A stretch of 64,000 nt of DNA, taken from the NCBI GenBank assembly GCA_963749655.1, contig CAVVOB010000030.1, positions 32,001 through 96,000 on the forward strand, given 5' to 3'. The stretch comes from Nitrospirota bacterium. Lineage in GTDB: Bacteria; Nitrospirota; UBA9217. The position numbers and the translations under genes are program-made. Shown in pieces: positions 10,714 to 18,964 of the stretch. Each line of letters starts with the position of its first letter. The first letter of the stretch is position 1. Below the pieces are notes generated by a model that searched no databases, was not told where the DNA came from, and saw only the letters and a list, made by a program, of their open reading frames with translations.

Positions 10714-10811
10714 GCCACAGAGAACACAGAGAACACAGAGGACACAGAAGTAATGAAAAAGTTCAGGCTTCGCTGTAAATTTATATTTTTTCCCTCTGTG
10801 ACCTCTGTGGC
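10714..10811. repeat. 9-mer tandem array (ACACAGAGA-type) with inverted arm around an AT-rich spacer
   Basis: gccacagag aacacagag aacacagag gacacagaa ... ctctgtgac ctctgtggc. Confidence 0.85.
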
Positions 10812-10845
10812 AATAAATAGGTTTTATTCCTGGAGGTATTGATAG

Positions 10846-11817
10846 ATGAAGAGCGGAAGCACACTGGAAAAAGTACTTGCCAGCGGCAAGCCTGCGGTCA
10901 CGGCGGAACTGGGACCGCCCATGAGCGCGGACGGCCACGAGGTCGTGAAGAAGGCGCAGCTTCTGAAAGGATTCTGCGACGCGGCGAACATCACCGACTG
11001 CCAGACGGCGGTCGTGCGTATCTCGAGCATCGCGGCTGCGGCCATCGCCTATCAGAACGGCCTCGAGCCGGTCATGCAGATGACCTGCCGGGACCGGAAC
11101 CGCATCGCCATCCAGGCGGATCTCCTCGGCGCCGCGGCCCTGGGCCTCAAGAACTGTCTCTGCCTCGCTGGCGACCACCAGAAGTTCAGCGCCGCGGGCA
11201 AGCTCAAGGGCCATCCCGGCGCCAAGAACGTCTACGACGTTGATACGTGCCAGCTCGTCGGCATCCTTAAAAAGATGCGCGATGAAGGCAAGCAGGAAGG
11301 CGGCGATCCATTGGAAGTCGCCCCCAAATTCTTCGTCGGCGCATCGTGGACCCCCATGGGCGATCCCATCGATTTCCGGCCGATCAATCTTCTCAAGAAG
11401 GTGAATGCGGGAGCGGATTTCATCCAGACCCAGGGCATCTACGATATGTCGCTTTTCCGCGAGCAGATGGCGAAGATCAGGAACATGGGCCTTCATGAGC
11501 GAACGGCGATCCTTGCCGGCATCATCGTACCGAAGAGCGCCATGATGCTGAAGTACATGGACTCCTCGGTGGCCGGCGTGTCTGTCCCGAAGGAGATGAT
11601 CGACCGGATGAACAAGGCAAAGGCCGCGGCAGGCGACGACAAGAAGAAGATGAAGGAGCTGCAGGAGCAGGAAGGCCTCAAGATCACGGTGGAGCTTATC
11701 CATCAGGCGCTCGAGACGCCGGGCGTAAAAGGCGTTCATATCCAGGCGATCGAATGGGAGAGCGCCATCGAAGGGATCGTGAAGGCTGCGGGACTGTATC
11801 CGAGGCCGCAGGTGTAG
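10846..11817 (+). CDS. metF: Methylenetetrahydrofolate reductase
   Basis: VTAELGPP, NITD, QMTCRDRNRIAIQ, LCLAGD, KKVNAGADFIQTQ. Confidence 0.94.
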   Translation: MKSGSTLEKVLASGKPAVTAELGPPMSADGHEVVKKAQLLKGFCDAANITDCQTAVVRISSIAAAAIAYQNGLEPVMQMTCRDRNRIAIQADLLGAAALGLKNCLCLAGDHQKFSAAGKLKGHPGAKNVYDVDTCQLVGILKKMRDEGKQEGGDPLEVAPKFFVGASWTPMGDPIDFRPINLLKKVNAGADFIQTQGIYDMSLFREQMAKIRNMGLHERTAILAGIIVPKSAMMLKYMDSSVAGVSVPKEMIDRMNKAKAAAGDDKKKMKELQEQEGLKITVELIHQALETPGVKGVHIQAIEWESAIEGIVKAAGLYPRPQV

Positions 11818-11823
11818 CGGATC

Positions 11824-11851
11824 CGTGAGGAGTGAGGAGTTAGGCGTAAGG
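11824..11851. repeat. Heptamer array NGTNAGG (single arm)
   Basis: cgtgagg agtgagg agttagg cgtaagg between metF and panB. Confidence 0.75.
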
Positions 11852-11864
11852 GGAATAATTCAAA

Positions 11865-12665
11865 ATGCCGAAAATAACCGTTCTCGACATATATAAGAAG
11901 AAGGCCGAAGGCAGAAAGATCACCATGCTGACGGCCTATGATTTCCCCACGGCCCAGATCGTGGACCAGGCCGGGATCGATATGATCCTCGTGGGCGACT
12001 CGCTTGGCATGGTGGTCCAGGGCGTGACCAGTACGCTTCCGGTCACTATGGACGAGATGATCTATCACACGAAGATGGTGTCGCGCGCAGCCCAGTCGGC
12101 CATGGTGGTGGGCGACATGCCGTTTCTGTCCTACCAGACCCACAAGGCGGAAGCTGTCCGGAATGCCGGGCGGTTCCTCAAAGAAGCCGGGGCGGAGGCG
12201 GTCAAGCTCGAGGGCGGAAGCCAGATGGCCGAGGCGATCAGGGCGATCGTTGATGCAGGCATTCCCGTCGTGGCCCATATCGGGCTCACCCCTCAGTATG
12301 TCCACATGCTCGGAGGGTTTAAAGTCCAGGGCAAGGACGATGCGGCCCGCGAAAAGATCCTTGCCGACGCCCGGGCTGTTCAGGATGCCGGCGCTTTTTC
12401 CGTTGTCCTTGAAGCCATGCCCGCGTCCCTGGCAAAGGAAATCCACGGAATGCTCCATATACCAACTATTGGAATCGGGGCAGGCCCGGAGTGCGACGGC
12501 CAGGTGCTGGTCATCCATGACATCCTGGGGCTCTTCGACCGGTTCACGCCCAAGTTTGTAAAAAAATATGCGAACCTGAAGGAACAGGCGCTCAAAGCGG
12601 TCCGGGAGTACAAACAGGATGTTGAGACCGGAAAATTTCCCGGAGAAGAGCATAGTTTCAAGTAA
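11865..12665 (+). CDS. panB: 3-methyl-2-oxobutanoate hydroxymethyltransferase
   Basis: [42 protein letters not shown]. Confidence 0.97.
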   Translation: MPKITVLDIYKKKAEGRKITMLTAYDFPTAQIVDQAGIDMILVGDSLGMVVQGVTSTLPVTMDEMIYHTKMVSRAAQSAMVVGDMPFLSYQTHKAEAVRNAGRFLKEAGAEAVKLEGGSQMAEAIRAIVDAGIPVVAHIGLTPQYVHMLGGFKVQGKDDAAREKILADARAVQDAGAFSVVLEAMPASLAKEIHGMLHIPTIGIGAGPECDGQVLVIHDILGLFDRFTPKFVKKYANLKEQALKAVREYKQDVETGKFPGEEHSFK

Positions 12666-12791
12666 TTTCAAGAGGAAATAAGAGTGGACTTTGGTAACAG
12701 AGACAGGGCTACCTTTCGTAGCGTCGTCTATTTTTATCAATGAAATTTATACGTTAATTAAAAAAAATTGTCCGTACCTGTTTCATTTTTC

Positions 12792-12821
12792 TTGACTCAC
12801 CAGATGGGTGCTCGCTATAAT
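12792..12821 (+). promoter_or_regulatory. Putative sigma70 promoter upstream of thyX
   Basis: TTGACT, 18 bp spacer, TATAAT. Confidence 0.6.
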
Positions 12822-12901
12822 GTCCTTCCCCTGTCATCCGATTTTCCCCTTTCTCATGAGTCCGGGGTGTCCAGGGGCGCACTCGACGAGGAGGGGATAC
12901 C

Positions 12902-13630
12902 ATGCCTGAAGCAACATTGAACGTAGTTCTCCTCCGGCATACGCCGGAGCCCGAAGAGGTCGTGGCAATGGCCGCAAAGCTGTGCTACAGTCCCTCGGGA
13001 GTTGAAGAGCTGAAAGAAAAGATCGAGGCCAAGGACCAGGCGGCCTTTGTGGAGAAGCTGGCGTCGGTCGGGCACCTGTCTCCGATCGAGCATGTGTCTT
13101 TTTCCTTCGGCATCGAAGGCATCTCGCGGGCCTGCTCGCACCAGCTGGTGCGCCACCGGGTGGCGTCGTACTCGCAGCAGAGCCAGCGCTACGTCAGGGA
13201 AGAGCAGTTCGACTACGTCATTCCGCCGAGCATCAAGCAGGACCCCGCGCTCGTTCAGGAATTCGAACGGTGCATGGCAGAGGCGCAGGACAATTACACG
13301 AAGGTCCTGAAGCGCCTCGAAGAGCTCGGCTACAAAGGCGAAGCGGGACAGCAGGACGCGCGCTATCTTCTGCCGAATGCGGCGGAGACGAAAATAGTAG
13401 TCACGATGAACGCCAGGGAACTCCTGCACTTCTTCCGCGTGCGCACCTGCAACCGGGCGCAGTGGGAGATTCGGGAAATGGCGGAGCGGATGCTTGCGCA
13501 GGTGAAAAAGGCGGCGCCCACGATCTTTGCGAAATCAGGGCCGGCATGCCTCTATGCGCCCTGCCCCGAAGGCAAGATGACCTGCGGCAAGGTTGAAGAA
13601 GTAAGGAAGAAGTTCGGAGTGAAGAAATAA
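12902..13630 (+). CDS. thyX: FAD-dependent thymidylate synthase
   Basis: GHLSPIEH, SRACSHQLVRHRVASYSQQSQRY, ARYLLP, NARELLHF, AQWEIR. Confidence 0.97.
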   Translation: MPEATLNVVLLRHTPEPEEVVAMAAKLCYSPSGVEELKEKIEAKDQAAFVEKLASVGHLSPIEHVSFSFGIEGISRACSHQLVRHRVASYSQQSQRYVREEQFDYVIPPSIKQDPALVQEFERCMAEAQDNYTKVLKRLEELGYKGEAGQQDARYLLPNAAETKIVVTMNARELLHFFRVRTCNRAQWEIREMAERMLAQVKKAAPTIFAKSGPACLYAPCPEGKMTCGKVEEVRKKFGVKK

Positions 13631-13638
13631 TATTTGGA

Positions 13639-13718
13639 GGGGCAAGGGGCCAAGTAGCAAGGGGCCAGGGAACAGTGAACGACGTTTCCGGACCCCGTGC
13701 CACCTGGTCCTTGGACCC
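13639..13718. repeat. 8-mer-type array (GGGCCAAG) with inverted arm
   Basis: ggggcaag gggccaag tagcaag gggccagg ... ccgtgcca cctggtc cttggaccc. Confidence 0.6.
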
Positions 13719-13733
13719 TGAAGTCAAGGTCCC

Positions 13734-14505
13734 ATGGGTTTCACCATAGCAGTTGCAGGCAAGGGCGGCACGGGCAAGACCAGCCTCTGCGGCCTGACCA
13801 TTCGATATTTGACAGAGAAGAAAAAGGGGGCCGTGCTCGCCGTCGACGCCGACGCGAACGCAAACCTCCACGACGTGCTCGGGGCTGAATGTCCACGCCA
13901 CGGTCGGCCGGCTGCGGGAAACCTCTCTCGAAGCCATCAAGTCCACTGCTCCGCGTCCGGGCGGCATGAGCATGGAGCAGCTCTTCGATTACCAGATCCA
14001 GCAGGCGCTCGTCGAGGCAAGAGGCTTCGACCTGCTCGTCATGGGCAGGCCCGAGGGCGCGGGCTGCTACTGCGCGGCAAACAACATCATCCGCAAATAC
14101 ATGGACAAGCTGGCCGACACCTATCCCTACACGGTGATGGACAACGAGGCCGGTCTTGAGCATCTTTCCCGCCGCACGACGCAGGACACGGACCTGCTCA
14201 TGATCATCAGCGATTCTTCGGTGCGCGGCATCATGACCGCGGGCCGGATCGGCGGACTGGTCAAAGAGCTGAATCTGAACGTCAAGCGAACGGTGCTGAT
14301 CGTGAACCGCGTGCAGGACGGCACCAGAGAAGACAAGGCGCTTCTCCAGGCGATCGGACAGCAGGGCGTGGAATTCGCGGGCTTTGTTCCCGCAGACGAG
14401 ATGATCTTTGAATACGACTTGAACGGCAGGCCGCTTGTCCAGCTTCCTGCAGATTCGAAGGCGCTGAAGAGTTTTTTCACCATCATGGACAAGCTCGTGC
14501 CGTGA
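13734..14505 (+). CDS. acsF: AcsF/CooC2 nickel-insertion ATPase for acetyl-CoA synthase (frameshift near 13884)
   Basis: IAVAGKGGTGKTS, DADANANL, then after removing one G from CTCGGGGCTG: GRPEGAGCYCAAN, DNEAGLEHLSRR. Confidence 0.85.
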
Positions 14506-14588
14506 AGCGTGAAAAGTAAGAGGTGAAACGTGAAACGCACGCCGCAGCCGGCTTTTTACATTTTCCTTTTCACGTTTAACGTTTCACG
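14501..14588. repeat. Inverted heptamer arms CGTGAAA / TTTCACG
   Basis: cgtgaag cgtgaaa agtaaga ggtgaaa cgtgaaa ... ttttaca ttttcct tttcacg tttaacg tttcacg; first unit contains the acsF stop. Confidence 0.9.
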
Positions 14589-14594
14589 CCGCTC

Positions 14595-15479
14595 ATGAAC
14601 AAAACCGTCGCCATCATAGGCGCAGGCCGTGTCGGCAGCTCAATCGGTTTTCTGCTGAAACAGGCAGGATACCCGATAGCGGCGGTGACGGCCCGTTCGA
14701 CGGCATCCGCGGAAAAAGCAGCGGCTGTTGTAAGCGGGGCAGAGCCCCTGACGGATGTGGTAAAGGCGGCGTCGCGGGCCGACATCGTTCTTATCACAAC
14801 GCCGGACCGCGCGATCAAAGAGGTGTGCGACACGATCGCAGCGGGCGGAGGGTTCAAAAGAGGCTCCCTGGTCGCGCATACCTCGGGGGCCCATACGCTG
14901 GACCTTCTTGAGGCGGCTTTAACGCGCGGCGCGAAGCGGGCGGTTATTCATCCGCTTCAATCCGTGCCGAGCGCGGAGCAGGGCATTCGGACGCTCCCGG
15001 GATCGTATTTTCGCATCGAAGCCGATTCCGAGGCGCTGGCAACGGCGCGCAGCATCGTCGGGGCGCTGGGCGGAATCGAACTGGAGATGCCGAAGTGGAG
15101 CTCCGACCAGGACTCCGCAGCCCTCTACCATGCGGGCGCAGTTGCGGTATCCAATTATTTCGTAGCCCTTGTTGATTACGGATTGAAGTTTTACGAGGCG
15201 CTGGGAGCGGACAGGAAAGAGGCGCTCAAGGCTGTTCTGCCGCTCATCAAGGGGACGCTTCATAACATGGAAACCCTGGGCGTCCCCGGGGCACTGACGG
15301 GGCCGATCATGCGGGGCGACGGCGAAACGGTGAAGCGTCATCTGGACGCCATGGAGCGGCGTACTCCGGAGCTTATGCGTCTCTACCGGGAACTGGCAAT
15401 CCAGACGGTCAGGTCAGCCAAGGATAAGGGCAGTATAACGGCGCAGACGGCGGAAGAACTGCTTAGGTTACTTCGGTGA
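14595..15479 (+). CDS. Rossmann-like/DUF2520 oxidoreductase (PanG-type ketopantoate reductase candidate)
   Basis: IIGAGRVG, ITTPD, HTSGA, IHPLQS, LYHAGAVAVSN, ALTGPIMRGD. Confidence 0.85.
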   Translation: MNKTVAIIGAGRVGSSIGFLLKQAGYPIAAVTARSTASAEKAAAVVSGAEPLTDVVKAASRADIVLITTPDRAIKEVCDTIAAGGGFKRGSLVAHTSGAHTLDLLEAALTRGAKRAVIHPLQSVPSAEQGIRTLPGSYFRIEADSEALATARSIVGALGGIELEMPKWSSDQDSAALYHAGAVAVSNYFVALVDYGLKFYEALGADRKEALKAVLPLIKGTLHNMETLGVPGALTGPIMRGDGETVKRHLDAMERRTPELMRLYRELAIQTVRSAKDKGSITAQTAEELLRLLR

Positions 15480-15550
15480 GGAGTCAGGCGTAAGGAGTGA
15501 GGAGATTTTTCTCTGTTTTTCCCCTTACTCCTAACATTTCACTCCTCACT
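15475..15550. repeat. Inverted heptamer arms AGTGAGG / CCTCACT
   Basis: ggtgagg agtcagg cgtaagg agtgagg ... ccttact cctaaca tttcact cctcact; first unit contains the upstream stop. Confidence 0.9.
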
Positions 15551-15579
15551 GTTTTACTTTGAAAGGAGAAGTATCGAAC

Positions 15580-16368
15580 ATGCTAATTATCGGAGAAAAA
15601 ATCAGTGTAATCGCGAAGAAGGTCCGGGAGGCCCTGGGCAAGATGGACCCCAAGCCGCTGCAGGAGCTCGCCGTGGCGCAGGACAAGGCAGGCGCGCACT
15701 TTATCGATATTTCGATCGGCCCGGCCGAGGAGAACGGCCCCCAGCTCATGGATTGGGCGGTGAAGGTCCTGCAGGAAGCAGTGCAGAAGCCGCTCTGTCT
15801 CGATACAACGAATATAAAGGCGATGGAAGCCGGCCTCAAGGCCCACAACAACACCTGGGGCGCGCCGATCATCAACTCCACTTCCAACGAGCCCGAGCGG
15901 TTCCCGATGATGGAGCTTGCCGGAAAGTACAACGCCAAGATCATCGCGCTCACGCTCGGCAAGGGCAGCATCCCGGCTGACGCCGAGGACCGCTGCGTCA
16001 TCGCGTCCGAGATCATGGCCCGCGGCATGGAGTACGGCGTGCCCATGGAGAACCTGTTCCTGGACCCGCTCATTCTCCAGATCTGCACCATGCAGGACCA
16101 GGGCAGGCAGGCCATCCGCGCCATCAAGATGTTCCAGGAGCTGAATGATCCGCCGATGCAGACCGTGGTCGGCCTGTCGAACATTTCGAACGGCGCGCCC
16201 AAGCATGTCCGGCCGATCATCAACCGGAACTTCCTGACCATGCTGATCTACGAGGGGCTGACCGCCGCCATCATCGATCCGCTCGACAAGGACATGATGG
16301 ACACGGTCAAAACGATCGAAATGATCATGTGCAAGAAGATGTACGCGCATTCGTACCTCGATATGTAA
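15580..16368 (+). CDS. acsE: Methyl-THF:corrinoid iron-sulfur protein methyltransferase
   Basis: MLIIGEKI, PLCLDT, IINS, LFLDPL, VVGLSNISNG, AAIIDP; AAGGAG RBS. Confidence 0.92.
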   Translation: MLIIGEKISVIAKKVREALGKMDPKPLQELAVAQDKAGAHFIDISIGPAEENGPQLMDWAVKVLQEAVQKPLCLDTTNIKAMEAGLKAHNNTWGAPIINSTSNEPERFPMMELAGKYNAKIIALTLGKGSIPADAEDRCVIASEIMARGMEYGVPMENLFLDPLILQICTMQDQGRQAIRAIKMFQELNDPPMQTVVGLSNISNGAPKHVRPIINRNFLTMLIYEGLTAAIIDPLDKDMMDTVKTIEMIMCKKMYAHSYLDM

Positions 16369-16462
16369 GAACCGGTTGAGATGCGGGAACGGTCGCGGAA
16401 TACCTGTTGTTCCTGATTGGCAAATCTGTTAATATGCGTGATATTTTACCGAGGAGGCTTGC

Positions 16463-17403
16463 ATGGCACTCGTAATACCTAAGGAAACATACAGCGGAAA
16501 GATCTACAATGTACAACTCGGCAGCGGCGCAAAGACCGTGACGATCGGCGGGGCCAGCGCGCTCCCCTTTCTTGGGTTCGAAGGCGCGTTCCCGAACAAG
16601 CCCGCCGTCGCGCTCGAAGATCATGGACATCGCGCCGGACGACTGGCCCGAGACGGTGAAGAAGGCCGTTCGGCGGAGCGTCGTCCAATCCCGTATCGTG
16701 GGCCAAGTTCTGCCAGCAGAGCGGCGCGGACATGGTCGCGCTCAGGCTCATGGGCACCCATCCCGACCAGAAGAACAAAAGCGCCGAAGAAGCGGCCAAG
16801 GTGGCGGCGGAAGTCGCGGCTGCGATCGATATCCCGCTCGTGATCCTGGGCTGCGGTCATGTGGAAAAGGACACCCAGGTGCTCCAGGCCGTCGCAGCTG
16901 CCACACGCGGCAAGAACTGCGCCATCGGCAAGGCCGTGGAAGAAAACTACAAGACCATCGCGGCAGCAGCAATGGCGAACGACCACAAGCTGATCGCCAT
17001 GAGCCAGCTCGACGTGAACCTGGCAAAGCAGCTCAACATCCTGCTCTCCCAGATGGGCTTCGACAAGGAGCGGATCATCATGGACCCCATGTCGTCCGCC
17101 CTGGGCTACGGCCTCGAATACACCTACAGCGTGATGGAGCGCATCCGCCTCGCCGCGCTCCTGCAGAACGATCCCATGATGCAGACGCCGATCGTGTGCG
17201 ACATCGGCCTGAACGTCTGGAAGGTGAAAGAGACGATGGCGCCCGAGGTTGAAATGCCGGAATGGGGCGGCCTCGAAGACCGCGCCCTGGCCTGGGAAGC
17301 GGTCACCGCCTCCGCCATGGTCACTGCCGGCGCTGACATGCTGATCATGCGGCATCCCGGCGCAGCGGCAAAGGCAAAGGAAGTCATCGCGGAACTGATG
17401 TAA
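16463..17403 (+). CDS. acsD: Corrinoid Fe-S protein small subunit (two apparent frameshifts near 16619 and 16670)
   Basis: KETYSGKI...TIGG..ALPFLGFEG; IIMDP..SALGYGLEYTYSVMERIRLAAL; WEAVTA, LIMRHP, spread over three frames. Confidence 0.9.
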
Positions 17404-17415
17404 GGACCGTAAAGA

Positions 17416-17484
17416 GCATAGTGCAGAGCGCATAGTGCAGAGCGCAAAGCGTAAGTGTTCTACGCCATGCTCCATGCCCTCTGC
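17416..17484. repeat. Inverted heptamer arms GCA(T/G)AGN / NCTCTGC
   Basis: gcatagt gcagagc gcatagt gcagagc gcaaagc ... gccatgc tccatgc cctctgc. Confidence 0.85.
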
Positions 17485-17526
17485 GAAATCATAAATTATT
17501 GATTCTTCTGTAAAGGAGTAAATAAC

Positions 17527-18867
17527 ATGGCACTCTCCGGTGTTGAAATATTCAAGCATCTCCCGAAAACCAACTGCAAAAAATGCGGTCATCCGACCTG
17601 CCTTGCCTTTGCCATGAAGCTTGCGGCGAAACAGGCGAGCCTCGATGCCTGCCCTGACGCGTCCGAGGATGCAAAGAAGATCCTGGGCGAATCCGCAGCG
17701 CCTCCCATCCGGGACATCACGCTCGGCACGGGCGGCAAGGCCGTCAAGGTGGGCGGCGAGATCTGCATGTTCCGCCATGAGAAGAAATTCTTCAATCCCA
17801 ACGTGTTCGCCGTCGCCATCAAGGCCTCCGAGGCCGGCGACGCCGCGGCAAAGAAGATCGAGGCGGTCAAGGCCTCCGAGATCGACCGCGTGGGCCAGAA
17901 GCTCCGCGTCGATGCCATCGCCGTGACCGACGAGGGCGGCGACGCGGCGAAGTTCGCCGCAGTCGTGAAGCAGGTGGTCGACGGCGCGCCCGGCGTGCCG
18001 GTCATCCTCGTCTCCAAGACGCCGGCGACGATCGAAGCGGGCATCGCGCACTGCGCGGACAAGAAGCCCCTGATCTATGCCGCGACCGCCGAGAACGCCG
18101 AAGCCATGGCAAAGATCGCGAAAGAGAAAAAGGCCTCCCTGGCCGTGGCTGCCGACGGTCTGGACGCCCTCACGGCGCTGTCCGAGAAGGTGAAGGCCCT
18201 CGGCGTGGACGACCTGGTCCTCGACTCCGGAGCGCGCAAGGCCAAGGACATGATCGAGCACTTCACCATCATGCGCCGGGCGGCGATCAAGAAGAACTTC
18301 AAGCCCCTGGGCTATCCCATCATCACCTTCGCGACCCGCGACAATTCCGTGTCCGAGGCCATTGCCGCCGCGATCGGGACCATGAAGTACGCCTCCATCA
18401 TCATCCTGAGCAGCGTGGAAAAGTGGAAGATGCTCGCGCTCCTGTCGCTCCGGCAGAACATCTACACCGACCCGCAGGTGCCGATGCAGGTCGCGCAGAA
18501 CATCTACAAGGTCGGCGACGCGAAGGAAAACTCGCCGCTCATGATCACGACCAATTTCTCCCTCTCCTACTTCATCGTCCGCGGCGAAGTGGAGAACAGC
18601 AAGGTGCCGTCGTGGCTCGCGGTCATGGACAATGAAGGCCTGTCGGTGCTCACGGCCTGGGCCGCGGGAAAGTTCACGGCAAGCAAGATCGCGCAGTTCG
18701 TGACCGAGAGCGGCGTGGAGAAGAACATCAGCCACAAGGAGCTCATCATTCCCGGGTACGTGGCGGTGCTTTCCGGCGCGCTCGAGGAAAAGCTGCCGGG
18801 CTGGAAGATCACCGTGGGACCGCGCGAAGCGAACCAGCTCCCGACGTTCCTGAAAGCAAGAGCATAA
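17527..18867 (+). CDS. acsC: Corrinoid Fe-S protein large subunit
   Basis: LPKTNCKKCGHPTCLAFA, RQNIYTDPQ, TTNFSLSYF, GLSVLTAWAAGKF, VGPREA. Confidence 0.97.
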   Translation: MALSGVEIFKHLPKTNCKKCGHPTCLAFAMKLAAKQASLDACPDASEDAKKILGESAAPPIRDITLGTGGKAVKVGGEICMFRHEKKFFNPNVFAVAIKASEAGDAAAKKIEAVKASEIDRVGQKLRVDAIAVTDEGGDAAKFAAVVKQVVDGAPGVPVILVSKTPATIEAGIAHCADKKPLIYAATAENAEAMAKIAKEKKASLAVAADGLDALTALSEKVKALGVDDLVLDSGARKAKDMIEHFTIMRRAAIKKNFKPLGYPIITFATRDNSVSEAIAAAIGTMKYASIIILSSVEKWKMLALLSLRQNIYTDPQVPMQVAQNIYKVGDAKENSPLMITTNFSLSYFIVRGEVENSKVPSWLAVMDNEGLSVLTAWAAGKFTASKIAQFVTESGVEKNISHKELIIPGYVAVLSGALEEKLPGWKITVGPREANQLPTFLKARA

Positions 18868-18873
18868 AACGCC

Positions 18874-18939
18874 CGTGAGGCGTGAGGAGTGAGGAGTGAG
18901 GGGTTGCTTATTCCCCTTACGCCTAACCCCTTACTCCTT
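18874..18939. repeat. Inverted heptamer arms AGTGAGG / CCTTACT
   Basis: cgtgagg cgtgagg agtgagg agtgagg ... ccttacg cctaacc ccttact. Confidence 0.9.
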
Positions 18940-18964
18940 CCGGCATTTCTAAAGGAGTCGTTCC

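Noticed and set aside
12695-12790. REP-like doublet between panB and thyX (agagacagggctacc ... tgtccgtacctgttt)
   Set aside because: Complementarity is too weak to call by eye.
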